Below are positions 1 to 9,038 of a stretch of 33,177 bases of DNA, one piece after another. The notes beneath the pieces are model-generated. The model was not told the DNA's origin. It did no database searches and saw only the letters and a program-made list of their open reading frames with translations. Source of the DNA: a virus (lineage: Duplodnaviria > Caudoviricetes); IMG/VR virus record IMGVR_UViG_3300032330_001458, positions 1-33,177 of that record; one strand, written 5' to 3'. The translations under genes were made by a program, and so were the position numbers. Each line of letters starts with the position of its first letter. Position 1 is the stretch's first letter.

Positions 1-5
1 AAGCC

Positions 6-230
6 ATGAAGAAACCAACCAGAGGCGGAAAGCGCGAGAACGCAGGCAAGAAACCGAAGTATGACAAGCCGTTGGAAACGCTTTCACTTGCCATGACTCA
101 AGAGGCCATAGATAAGGCTACACTTGAGGCTAAGTGGAGTGGAGTTTCACGGGGCGAGTGGGTGCAAGGTTTGATTTTGAGAGCGAGCACGGGTGATAGG
201 CCGTCGAAAGTGCTGGATGCGCAAGGATAA
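6..230 (+). CDS. Small ribbon-helix-helix/CopG-like DNA-binding protein
   Basis: N-terminal RGGKRENAGKKPK basic motif, then a beta strand (TLSLAM) and two helices with an S-R-x-E-W-V turn, as in RHH proteins. Confidence 0.6.
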   Translation: MKKPTRGGKRENAGKKPKYDKPLETLSLAMTQEAIDKATLEAKWSGVSRGEWVQGLILRASTGDRPSKVLDAQG

Positions 231-490
231 TGGCACCACGTGCATTTGTTACGAGCCACCTCCTTCCCCCGTAGCTGATTTACAGCCACAGGGGAGAATC
301 TAGGGCGGATTCATCGCCACTCATCACAAGCGGTTTGCAGTGGCTACTTTCAAAGCTCTCTGCCCTACTGGCACATGAGTCTCACGGCTTGCTCATGGGC
401 AACGCAAGGTTTTCTCGCTGCTGTTTGGTGGCAGGCTTATTCGAGATGAGCCAGATTCTCATTTTAGCGCAACCTGTCAACCAAAAGCAT

Positions 491-523
491 AAGTTGCCAA
501 TTGCTACGATTAATTGGCAACTT
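491..523. promoter_or_regulatory. 12-bp perfect inverted repeat, candidate operator
   Basis: AAGTTGCCAATT-N9-AATTGGCAACTT, upstream of the HTH gene. Confidence 0.45.
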
Positions 524-563
524 CCTGGACTTTGGAGAATTTAGGGAGACATTAGAGTCGAAT

Positions 564-791
564 ATGACACCTGATTCAACACCCAAATCGGCGGCAGTCA
601 CAGTGCTGCCAGAATTCGTAGACTACCAAAACGCCCGCGCTCTGTTTGGGCTAAGCCGTAGCTATCTGTACGTGCTGGCAACTGAGCGCAAAATTCGCTC
701 TGTGAGCATTCGCAAGCCGGGAGCGATTCGAGGGCGGCGGTTGTTCGATTGCGCCAGTATTCGGGCCTTTCTCGAAGCTTCTTGCCGCTAA
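564..791 (+). CDS. Excisionase/AlpA-like helix-turn-helix protein
   Basis: ARALFGLSRSYLYVLA HTH followed by IRSVSIRKPGAIRGRRLFD wing; ATG at 564 preferred over the TTG at 501. Confidence 0.7.
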   Translation: MTPDSTPKSAAVTVLPEFVDYQNARALFGLSRSYLYVLATERKIRSVSIRKPGAIRGRRLFDCASIRAFLEASCR

Positions 792-824
792 TTAGTAGCC
801 TCAACGGTTCGGCTATGGAAAAAA

Positions 825-851
825 TGCCCATAGAGCAGCATTCTATGGGCA
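825..851. promoter_or_regulatory. 10-bp inverted repeat upstream of the terminase operon (operator or packaging-site element)
   Basis: TGCCCATAGA-N7-TCTATGGGCA. Confidence 0.4.
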
Positions 852-898
852 GTGAAAAAAGCATTTGACACAAAGGACTTTAGTCTGCGTGTGTCACT

Positions 899-1309
899 GT
901 GCTAACCAATCCAAAGCATGAGGCTTTCGCTAAGGCTGTCGCGTCGGGCAAATCCGGCGCTGAGGCTTATCGCGTGCATGTTTCAGAAGGCGATTGCAGC
1001 AACGCAACAGCGGAAGTCAATTCATCGAAGCTGCTCAAAGATGGCACCAAGGTTGCGCTAAGGGTTTCTCAACTTCGAGAAAAGATCGAGAAAAAGGCAG
1101 AAGCCAAGTTTGATCTTACCCGCGAAAAGTGGCTTGAAATGCTGCTTGAAAACGCCAAGGAGGCAAAGGTTCTAGGCGAAATCGCAGCGTCTACAGGCGC
1201 TCTAAAAGAGGTCGGAAAGGCAATGCCTGGATGGTATGCCGCCGAAAAGGTAGAGCACGGCATTAGCAACGACCTCGCAGCACTAATCGAGGAGGTGCGC
1301 GAGCGATGA
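899..1309 (+). CDS. terS: Terminase small subunit
   Basis: LTNPKHEAFAKAVASGKSGAEAYR N-terminal HTH typical of TerS; overlaps terL start (ATGA). Confidence 0.8.
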   Translation: MLTNPKHEAFAKAVASGKSGAEAYRVHVSEGDCSNATAEVNSSKLLKDGTKVALRVSQLREKIEKKAEAKFDLTREKWLEMLLENAKEAKVLGEIAASTGALKEVGKAMPGWYAAEKVEHGISNDLAALIEEVRER

Positions 1310-2928
1310 GCTACGCCATGACAGCTAAAGAGCTTTCAGAGGCAAAACGCCGCTCTGACCCTTCGCGCCTCGAAAAAGAGCCGCAGAAGGCGCTGAAAGA
1401 TCCAATCTGGAGACTATGCGCTGGCAAGCTTTACAAGTGTCTCAACAAGCCAGGGCGCAAAGGACTGCCAGCCGTTGAGGTGCCATTCATTCCAAGTCCA
1501 GAACAATTGCTTGTGATTTGGTGCATTCATGTTCGCGGATGGAAGCGGTTGATTATCCCAAAGGCGCGACAGCTTGGAATGTCTCTCGTCTTGTGCCTAA
1601 TGGGCCTTGATTTGTGCTTGTTCACCAGTGGAGCAAAGGCCGCATTGATTGATCAAACCGCGCCAGATGCTGAAAAGAAGCTTGCTGATAAGGTGGTTTT
1701 CGCGATTGAGCGCTTGCCTAAATCCATACTCAACGCATTGGATATCAAGCCCCTGGTTGAAGACGTCACCATTAAATCGAAGAAAGGCCCTGCGTCTGTC
1801 TTTGAGGCTGGAATCAAGTTCCGAGGGGGGACCTTGGAATGGTTGCACATTTCCGAATGGGGAGAAATTCAGACAAAGAACCGTCTTCATTCCGCAGAAA
1901 TCCGCGATGGCTCGCTACCTGCCGCAGAAGGTGGGATAACTATCGTTGAAACCACATGGAGCGGAGGACTCGACGGTGAGCCGGGGAAGTTGGTACAAGA
2001 GGCGTTGGACACTCCAGAAGATCAAAAATGCCCTAAATCATGGCGCGTGATGTTCTTTGATTGGATGTCTGAGCCGACATATACGCAAGAACACGGGTAT
2101 ATCGACAAGGCGTCAGCTAAACACTTCGCTGATTGCGAAGCGATGGGTGCTAAATTCACTCACGGCCAAAAGCTTTGGTATGCTGAGATTATCCGCACCA
2201 AAGGTCTGAATAAGGCAAAGTCTCAATATCCGACATTCCAGCATGAATGTTGGGAATCAGTGCCAGAAGGCAGCATCTACGGCGACTTGATCGAGCTATC
2301 ACGGGCAGAGGGTAAGATATTCGACTTCCCAATTCCTGATACTGCCGTTGATACATTTTGGGACTTTGGACACCCGATAAACACTGTCTGTTGGTTTGCT
2401 CAAATAACGTCATCAGAGATTCGCGTCATTGGATGCGACATGGATAGGGATATAGAACTCACAGACAGATTTGCAGATTACAAGGCGATTGGTTATGCGT
2501 TCGGAACACATTATTTGCCGTGGGATACAGGAGAAAAGCAATCAAGCGGCAAAACGCAGGCCCAAATGTTTACGGCTGATTTGAGGCTGGCAAAGCTTGG
2601 CGGGTGCGTAAAGATCGTGCCTTGCACTCCTACCGTGTGGGATGGAATTGGCGATCTAAAGAAGGTATGGTCGCGCTTAGTGTTCCATCAAACGAATACC
2701 AAGGAAGCACTGGCGCAATTGGCGCAATATCGTTTCATCCGTGAAAGCTCAACTGGCATTGTTAAGAACGTGCCAGTTCATAACAAGTATTCGCATAAAG
2801 GCGACTCACTCCGCCAACTTGGGCAGGCTTTGAACATGCCAATGGTAGCCTATGCGCCAATTAAGCAGGAAGACACGAATTACGGCTTCGCGACAAAATC
2901 AGCGGCTTTCGGGGAGGATGAGTTCTAA
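1306..2928 (+). CDS. terL: Terminase large subunit
   Basis: Walker A variant PKARQLGMS, Walker B WLHISE, ETT coupling motif, RNase H-like FWDFG, HYLPWD and SHKGDSLR. Confidence 0.92.
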   Translation: MSYAMTAKELSEAKRRSDPSRLEKEPQKALKDPIWRLCAGKLYKCLNKPGRKGLPAVEVPFIPSPEQLLVIWCIHVRGWKRLIIPKARQLGMSLVLCLMGLDLCLFTSGAKAALIDQTAPDAEKKLADKVVFAIERLPKSILNALDIKPLVEDVTIKSKKGPASVFEAGIKFRGGTLEWLHISEWGEIQTKNRLHSAEIRDGSLPAAEGGITIVETTWSGGLDGEPGKLVQEALDTPEDQKCPKSWRVMFFDWMSEPTYTQEHGYIDKASAKHFADCEAMGAKFTHGQKLWYAEIIRTKGLNKAKSQYPTFQHECWESVPEGSIYGDLIELSRAEGKIFDFPIPDTAVDTFWDFGHPINTVCWFAQITSSEIRVIGCDMDRDIELTDRFADYKAIGYAFGTHYLPWDTGEKQSSGKTQAQMFTADLRLAKLGGCVKIVPCTPTVWDGIGDLKKVWSRLVFHQTNTKEALAQLAQYRFIRESSTGIVKNVPVHNKYSHKGDSLRQLGQALNMPMVAYAPIKQEDTNYGFATKSAAFGEDEF

Positions 2929-4616
2929 TGGCTCGCAAGCGCACATTGGAAGCTGAAAACGCCTTGCCATTTAATGACTATGGCCGCGCTGGTTCAGTCA
3001 TTCCACAAGGCCCGATTGACAGGCTGGCAATGACTGCCGCGCCTTCTGGTGAACTGGACACGAAGCCTATATTCGGCGCTTCTGCAGTCCAGTTTATCCG
3101 CATGTCGATGTTTAATCCTCTGCGTGATTTCCGACCGCAGAAGTTATCGCTGTGGATTCAAGAGCAAGAGCAGGGCTTCTTGTCTTCCGCCCTTCGCGCA
3201 TGGGAGGCAATGGCCCGTCGTGATGATACGATTATCACCGTCAAAGGCAAAAAGGAAGATGCTGTAGCGCAAAGGTCGTGGTCTATCCTGCACACCTCAA
3301 AAGCTAAAGACGACGCAGGCACAGCGAGAGAGTCACAAAGCCAAAAGGAGCGACTGGAATACTTTTGGAACAACATGACTTGTATATCTGCGTGGGATCG
3401 CAACGTTAAAGGTGGTTTCGCTCAATTCTGCCGTTTTGTGGTTCATGTCCAATCCATGCGCTACGGTGGAATTCACTTTAATTGGAAGATTTCAAGCAAG
3501 GGGATCACTGCTGAACTGGAATTCGTGCCTGGATGGCTATTCGAGAATCTAACTGGAGAACTCCGATTCCTTGGAACTAATCCGGCAACTGTCTACGGGA
3601 TGCCGTTGGACCCGCAGAACTGGCTACCAATTGCTGGCCGTGGCATCATGGAAGCAGCGAGTCTTTGCTATGCTTACAAGCACTTAGGCCTTGAGACGTG
3701 GATTAAATTCTGCGCACGCCATGGTATGCCTTTCCCACTCGGGAAGACTCCCGCTGCTCCTAACTCGCCAGAGTGGCGACAGATGGAGCTTGCTGTTAAG
3801 GGTATCAATAACGACGGCGGTGCGGTTATCGGCGATGGCGCTGATATTACACTCATTGAGGCTGGCGGAAGCGCTGGCGTTAGTCCGTCCAAAGAGCTTA
3901 TTGAGCGCTTGGACCGTGCTCTTTCCGCTATGTTCCGAGGTGGCGACTTATCCACAATGTCTAGCACGGCAGGGCAAGGGACAGGAAGCAACCAGCAAAC
4001 GAACGAGGGTAAGATTGTAGAAAATGCCGATTGCCAATTCGTTAGCGAGGTGATGCAGCAAATCGAAAAGAAGGTTCTCGAATGGTACGATGGCGAAGGT
4101 GTAGAAGCTCTTGCGTTCGGTAACATCAAAGGCCCTTCAATGGCTGATACTGAGCAGGAAATGAAGATTGACGAAGCGGCAGTCAAATACGGTATTCCGA
4201 TTGCTGTAGCTGATTGGTGTGAACGATACAACCGCGCTCCTGCTGATTCTGGTGACGATATTCTGCGATCTTCCGCGCCTGTTGACCCGCTGACTAAAAT
4301 TGAACCGCCAACACCTGATAAGGCTGAGAATAGCAGGCCGCACCCGCAACCGGCAGATTTGGCTAATCAATTGGAGATTCAACAGGCCGTAGCTAAGGAC
4401 TTACAGGCCATCCATGATGCTATTGTTGAGGCTGGCGTTGATTCCGACAAGCTGCAAGCAATCGACTGGAGCGGTGCAGTAGATACCGTCATGAAAGGTA
4501 ACTGTGTAGCCGAATGGCTTAATGGCGCTGTAACACAGGCCGCATTCAAGGCGCTTGGACTGACTCCAGAGCAGGCGCAAGATATCCTTCACAAAGTAAC
4601 ACAACCAAAGCTATGA
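2928..4616 (+). CDS. Portal protein, Mu gp29/DUF935-like
   Basis: Follows terL; W-x-x-F-C-x-R-H-G-M-P-x-x-x-G-K motif and GGAVI...I-x-L-I-E region characteristic of DUF935. Confidence 0.85.
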   Translation: MARKRTLEAENALPFNDYGRAGSVIPQGPIDRLAMTAAPSGELDTKPIFGASAVQFIRMSMFNPLRDFRPQKLSLWIQEQEQGFLSSALRAWEAMARRDDTIITVKGKKEDAVAQRSWSILHTSKAKDDAGTARESQSQKERLEYFWNNMTCISAWDRNVKGGFAQFCRFVVHVQSMRYGGIHFNWKISSKGITAELEFVPGWLFENLTGELRFLGTNPATVYGMPLDPQNWLPIAGRGIMEAASLCYAYKHLGLETWIKFCARHGMPFPLGKTPAAPNSPEWRQMELAVKGINNDGGAVIGDGADITLIEAGGSAGVSPSKELIERLDRALSAMFRGGDLSTMSSTAGQGTGSNQQTNEGKIVENADCQFVSEVMQQIEKKVLEWYDGEGVEALAFGNIKGPSMADTEQEMKIDEAAVKYGIPIAVADWCERYNRAPADSGDDILRSSAPVDPLTKIEPPTPDKAENSRPHPQPADLANQLEIQQAVAKDLQAIHDAIVEAGVDSDKLQAIDWSGAVDTVMKGNCVAEWLNGAVTQAAFKALGLTPEQAQDILHKVTQPKL

Positions 4617-5809
4617 ATTACCTTTTGAAACTACTTGCTCGCTGTCTCTTTGAAGACGAAGCGCGTTATGAAATCGCCGAGCGATGGGAGGCCGCGAAGT
4701 ATTCGGCCATGCTTGCAATCAACGATGAACTACACCGTGATTCGTGCCTGATGTTCACGAACCAAGTTGCGGCAGAAGCTGGTAGTGAATGGGTGCAAGT
4801 AGCGCCGTGGGGCGAGCATCCGAACGCTAAAGGAATCCAGGTAACGACGCGCGAAAGCGTGCAACCGATGATTCAGGCTTTCAACGAACTGAAAGCCAAA
4901 CAGGGCGCTAATTTCCGTGGCGCTCCAATCTATGACCGCCATCCGACAAAAGATGATTTGCGGGCAGCAATCAAGCCCATGGGTCGAATCATGGCGATGG
5001 AATGCCGCGCAGACGGCCTCTATCTGAATCGCAAGCTAAACACCATTGGACTCGAAAACGACAAGGAAGGCTATCACCCGTACCCATCTATCGGCTGGTA
5101 TGTTAAGCCAATTGGAAACGGTAAGGTTGTTCCCATTGGTATTGATCATGTAGCTATGGTCGAGCACCCAAATATCGGGAGTGTACCAGCCTGGACTAAT
5201 GATGCCGATGGAGATCGCGACAATTCGCCAACAAACGAAACCGAAACCAACACAATGAATCCAGAAATCAAAAAGAAGCTAGGTCTGAAAGATGACTGTA
5301 CGCAGGAAGAATACGACGCCGCCGTGACAGGAATGCACGACAAGGCCGCTATCGCTGAGGCCGCAAAGAACGAAGCCGAAAAGCGAGTGAAAGAACTTGA
5401 AACACTCCTCACCAACGCTAAGGCAGACGCAGAAACCAAGATCAAAGACTTGGAAAAAGCGGTCAATGTCGCCACTGAAAAGCACGTTGACGCTAAGCTA
5501 CAGCTTGCAATCAACGAGGGCCGAATCACGCCAGCCGCAAAGGATGAGTGGAAGCCTAAGCTTTTGGTCAATGCCGATGATCCAACTTTCCTTGCCATCA
5601 AGCCGCGCATGAGTACGGGCCGCCTAGTGGTCAATCGTCAGACGGTAAGCGAGGGACAACTCGCCGTGAATGATGCACGCTCGCAGCTTGGCATTTTGGT
5701 AAACGAACGTTTCGCCAAAAACAAGAGCGCTGGACTTATTGCCGCGAATGCTGCCGTCTGGAAAGACCCTGCCAACAAGGCGCTAGTTGACGCCGCTCTT
5801 GCCGAATAA
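4613..5809 (+). CDS. Mu gpI-like prohead protease with C-terminal scaffold
   Basis: WVQVAPWG, PIYDRH, YPSIGW and HVAMVEHPNI motifs; C-terminal coiled coil and AINEGRITPA scaffold motif. Confidence 0.85.
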   Translation: MNYLLKLLARCLFEDEARYEIAERWEAAKYSAMLAINDELHRDSCLMFTNQVAAEAGSEWVQVAPWGEHPNAKGIQVTTRESVQPMIQAFNELKAKQGANFRGAPIYDRHPTKDDLRAAIKPMGRIMAMECRADGLYLNRKLNTIGLENDKEGYHPYPSIGWYVKPIGNGKVVPIGIDHVAMVEHPNIGSVPAWTNDADGDRDNSPTNETETNTMNPEIKKKLGLKDDCTQEEYDAAVTGMHDKAAIAEAAKNEAEKRVKELETLLTNAKADAETKIKDLEKAVNVATEKHVDAKLQLAINEGRITPAAKDEWKPKLLVNADDPTFLAIKPRMSTGRLVVNRQTVSEGQLAVNDARSQLGILVNERFAKNKSAGLIAANAAVWKDPANKALVDAALAE

Positions 5810-5826
5810 CTCCACCTCACAAAATC

Positions 5827-6039
5827 ATGGAACCTACACAAGAAGCCATTGACGAAAAAATCAAAGAATCCGGCAACGTCCTTACTCGCGATCAAGCCCG
5901 CGCTGTTCTTATCGCTCACGGATGGGAAGAAGAATCACCGGCTGAATTTGAGCCATTGAATCAAATTCAATCGGACAAAGAGCAAGATGCAGCGCCCCGC
6001 CGTGGCCCAGGTCGCCCTTCGACCAAAACGGCAGAATAA
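5827..6039 (+). CDS. Small head-module protein with AT-hook-like C-terminus
   Basis: Acidic 70-aa ORF ending PRRGPGRPSTK, between the protease and decoration genes. Confidence 0.55.
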   Translation: MEPTQEAIDEKIKESGNVLTRDQARAVLIAHGWEEESPAEFEPLNQIQSDKEQDAAPRRGPGRPSTKTAE

Positions 6040-6066
6040 CCAATCCAAAACACGACAACCAACACA

Positions 6067-6549
6067 ATGAAAATCAATACATTCATCCGCGCAATTGCCG
6101 CGATGTTCTCGCCAACTGCCAACGCTACGTTGGCGGTCAATGCTGTTACCTTCAATCCTCCTGCTGAGGGTGTTATCAACCTCCTGCCAACTGCCGCGCA
6201 CGCCGCTAATGTGTTGGTCAAGTGGGGCGCTGATGAAACCAAGTACGCTGTTTGCACCGCATCCACTGACTTCCCGCTTGGGATTGTTACGTCTGCTGTT
6301 GCGAGCACTGAACTTACTCGAAACCAAGCCGTTTATTTGCTTGGCGCATGGCGTAAGCCTGAGCTTGTGAATTGCTCTGAAGCTATCGCCATCACGGACG
6401 AGCTGTATCCAGCCGCAAGCGGTGGCGTGCAAAACAAGCCTACCGCATCCGGCACGCATTACCGCATTGGACGCCCACTTTATCCCGGCGTCAGCGGCTC
6501 ACCAGTCGCCGCGCAGCATTGCTACCCGCAGGCTGTGGTTGTCCCATAA
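6067..6549 (+). CDS. Capsid decoration/cement protein (DUF2190-like)
   Basis: Directly upstream of MCP; PLGIV, AIAITDEL..AASG and YRIG pattern of beta-tulip cement proteins. Confidence 0.7.
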   Translation: MKINTFIRAIAAMFSPTANATLAVNAVTFNPPAEGVINLLPTAAHAANVLVKWGADETKYAVCTASTDFPLGIVTSAVASTELTRNQAVYLLGAWRKPELVNCSEAIAITDELYPAASGGVQNKPTASGTHYRIGRPLYPGVSGSPVAAQHCYPQAVVVP

Positions 6550-6584
6550 TCTGAGCTACCAACAACGAACACAACGAACACAAA

Positions 6585-7655
6585 ATGAAATCTAATAGCA
6601 AACAACGCGAAGTTGGCAAGCTGGCGGAAAAGGCAAGCGTCATGCTTGGCGCTCTCAACGCACCGCTAACAAACTTTGGTAACAGCCATATCTTTGAAGT
6701 GGCGAACAATGATACGGTTTTTTCTACCGGCGGTCTTGCCGTCAATGATTTGGCCAGCGCTGACAAACTCCGCGCCCCTCTGGAAACGCTGGTTCAAACA
6801 GCGGCAATGAATGATGACCTTACGCCCGAAATCGACTTTCTCGCCCCTCGCGTGGATGTTAGCGGGCAGAATGGTTACTTCTCGTACATGGATCGCTCTG
6901 GCGGCATCAATACGCTGACTTCGTTGAATAGCATTGAACGCGCAATTAACGGCACTGTCAGCTTGATCGACGGCGCGGGCACTGAAGTAGCTGGCTTCTG
7001 TAAATCTTACGGCCTCGGCTCTGAGATTGATGAAGATCGTTGCGGAGATGTGCAGCTTGAAATGCAAACACGTATCATGGAGATCATGGAATTGATCTCT
7101 CTGAACCGTTTGCAGATTCGTATTGCGGCACTGGTTGCCATCGCTAACAACACCGCTAAGACCTGGGGCAGCTCGGCTAATCCAGACGGCGACGCTCGCG
7201 ATGTTATTCAGACAGCGCTTACCGGTTCGGGCATCCGTCCGAATTGCGCGTATTACGACGTTGGCGCGTGGAATGCTCGCCAGTCGGCATACGAACGGCA
7301 AGCAACGGCAGGCGCTTTCCAAGGCACCTTGCGCGATGAAGCTGGGCACGCCGCATACCTCAAGCTGCGTCAAACCATCGTTTCCAAGGCTCTCCAGAAG
7401 GATGCTGCGGGCACGCTGACTGCGCTCTACAGCAACAAGGCTATGTTCTTCCGCAACAATGCGGCAGCAACCCGCCGTAGTAACGACATTCTCAAGACCT
7501 TCTCTTGCGATGACAACGGCGTGCAATTCCGCACTCACCAGCGGCAAGTGAGTGAAAAGGTCTGGCGTGTTGCGGTTACGTTCCGCGAAGTTGTGCTTGT
7601 GACCGGCCCTGTAACTGGCAATCCAGTTCAGCAAATCACCGTGACACCGGCCTAA
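6585..7655 (+). CDS. Major capsid protein (HK97 fold)
   Basis: Size and position, FLAPRVDV and G.RPN motifs, strong A/C-rich leader, terminator directly downstream. Confidence 0.82.
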   Translation: MKSNSKQREVGKLAEKASVMLGALNAPLTNFGNSHIFEVANNDTVFSTGGLAVNDLASADKLRAPLETLVQTAAMNDDLTPEIDFLAPRVDVSGQNGYFSYMDRSGGINTLTSLNSIERAINGTVSLIDGAGTEVAGFCKSYGLGSEIDEDRCGDVQLEMQTRIMEIMELISLNRLQIRIAALVAIANNTAKTWGSSANPDGDARDVIQTALTGSGIRPNCAYYDVGAWNARQSAYERQATAGAFQGTLRDEAGHAAYLKLRQTIVSKALQKDAAGTLTALYSNKAMFFRNNAAATRRSNDILKTFSCDDNGVQFRTHQRQVSEKVWRVAVTFREVVLVTGPVTGNPVQQITVTPA

Positions 7656-7666
7656 ACAACCAACTA

Positions 7667-7700
7667 AGGGCGGCGGGAAGGTCTCGCCGCTCTACTTTCT
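7667..7700 (+). terminator. Rho-independent terminator after the capsid gene
   Basis: AGGGCGGCGGGA-AGG-TCTCGCCGCTCT stem (two G-U pairs on +) followed by ACTTTCT. Confidence 0.65.
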
Positions 7701-7705
7701 GACTT

Positions 7706-8170
7706 ATGTCGTGGTACACACCAACGGTAGCAGATGCGAAGCTTCTAGGATTGCAGAATCAAGAAGTAACGATCATCACGAATGGACTGCCGACAGGCCG
7801 GACCATTACGGAGGCTATTCAAGCCGCTATTGATGCGGTGGTGTCCAACATTCGCTTTTATATCACGATGCCAGGGCGCACGCCTGGAGAAGATGGCACG
7901 ATACCAAGAGAAGCGACAATTCATTTCATTCCATTGGTTCGCCGCGCTCTATTCGGGCAAGTGACCGGCGCAACCGCCGAAAAGCTCTATACTGAAATCA
8001 GAACGCAAGAGGCCCTTCGCGCTGATGAGTGGCTAAAACTCGTAGCCTCAAAACTTGGCGGCATCACAGCGCCAGAAACTCCCGCAGATACGCAACCGGC
8101 TGGGCCTTCCGTGTCTCTTGTCGGTCTAACTCCTTCCGCATGGTCTGCTGAATCAATGAACGGCCTTTAA
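7706..8170 (+). CDS. Head-tail adaptor (Mu gp36/DUF1320-like)
   Basis: Helical 154 aa after MCP; AIDA...I..YI and EWLKLVAS motifs. Confidence 0.7.
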   Translation: MSWYTPTVADAKLLGLQNQEVTIITNGLPTGRTITEAIQAAIDAVVSNIRFYITMPGRTPGEDGTIPREATIHFIPLVRRALFGQVTGATAEKLYTEIRTQEALRADEWLKLVASKLGGITAPETPADTQPAGPSVSLVGLTPSAWSAESMNGL

Positions 8171-8171
8171 T

Positions 8172-9038
8172 ATGCTCCTAACCGACGAACAAGTGACAGA
8201 AGCATTTGAGCAGGCCGCAGGGCGTGTTGCAATGCCGACGACACTTGACACGGAGATGTTGCGTCTAGTGTTCACTCGGTCAATGCGCGAAAGAGTTCAT
8301 GTTTCTGCCCGCGTGACGTTGGCAGATTTTGCCACAGTCCTAAAAGAGTCGGTCGATCAAGTGTTAACAGGCACTGCCAAGCAAAAGGCAATTGCCGCGA
8401 TGGTTGAAAAGCTGAACGCGTCTAAGTACACACCAGAAACCGGATTCCCTGGAGATCTTGGGCGCGGCATTCCAGCGGCAAGACCGGGAAGCATTACCGA
8501 CATTTCTTCATTCGCTCGGCTGAATCTCGTTATTGAAACAGAATCGGCGCTAGCTGCCGGGAAGATTCAGCAACTCAAAGGAAATTCACAAATTGCCAAG
8601 CACTTTTCGCCAGCATGGGAGTTAGTCAGACTATGGGAGCCTGAGAAACCAAGAGACTGGCCTGAACGATGGGAGAAGGCGGGAGGCCCGCCAGCGCTCA
8701 ATGGTAAACTGATAGCGCCAAAGGATCATGAAGTTTGGCACAACATAGGCAGCTCCCGTTTGTTCGATGACGCGCTAGACGTTTCTTACCCTCCATTCTG
8801 GTTCAATTCGAGCGGCAGTTTAAACGCCGTCCCTCGCTCATATCTCATCGCTCACGGAGCCATGACAAAGGATGGCGCGTGGAGCGCTGACTACGCTCCT
8901 TCTGATTCGCTTGAAGTCTCGCCAGCATTGCCAGCGCCAGAAGCGAACACAAAAAGGATTGATCCTGAGATTCAGAAGGGCCTAGACGATGCCTTGAGAA
9001 TGAGTCGCGAACGATACGCAAGGAGGGATGCTGCATAA
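8172..9038 (+). CDS. Minor head morphogenesis protein (Mu gpF/SPP1 gp7-like)
   Basis: RLNLVIETE..LA..G, APKDHEVW and YPPFWFNS motifs. Confidence 0.7.
   Translation: MLLTDEQVTEAFEQAAGRVAMPTTLDTEMLRLVFTRSMRERVHVSARVTLADFATVLKESVDQVLTGTAKQKAIAAMVEKLNASKYTPETGFPGDLGRGIPAARPGSITDISSFARLNLVIETESALAAGKIQQLKGNSQIAKHFSPAWELVRLWEPEKPRDWPERWEKAGGPPALNGKLIAPKDHEVWHNIGSSRLFDDALDVSYPPFWFNSSGSLNAVPRSYLIAHGAMTKDGAWSADYAPSDSLEVSPALPAPEANTKRIDPEIQKGLDDALRMSRERYARRDAA

Noticed and set aside
6666-7634. 322-aa antisense ORF over the capsid gene
   Set aside because: Codon-aligned mirror of a codon-biased gene with no recognisable motifs
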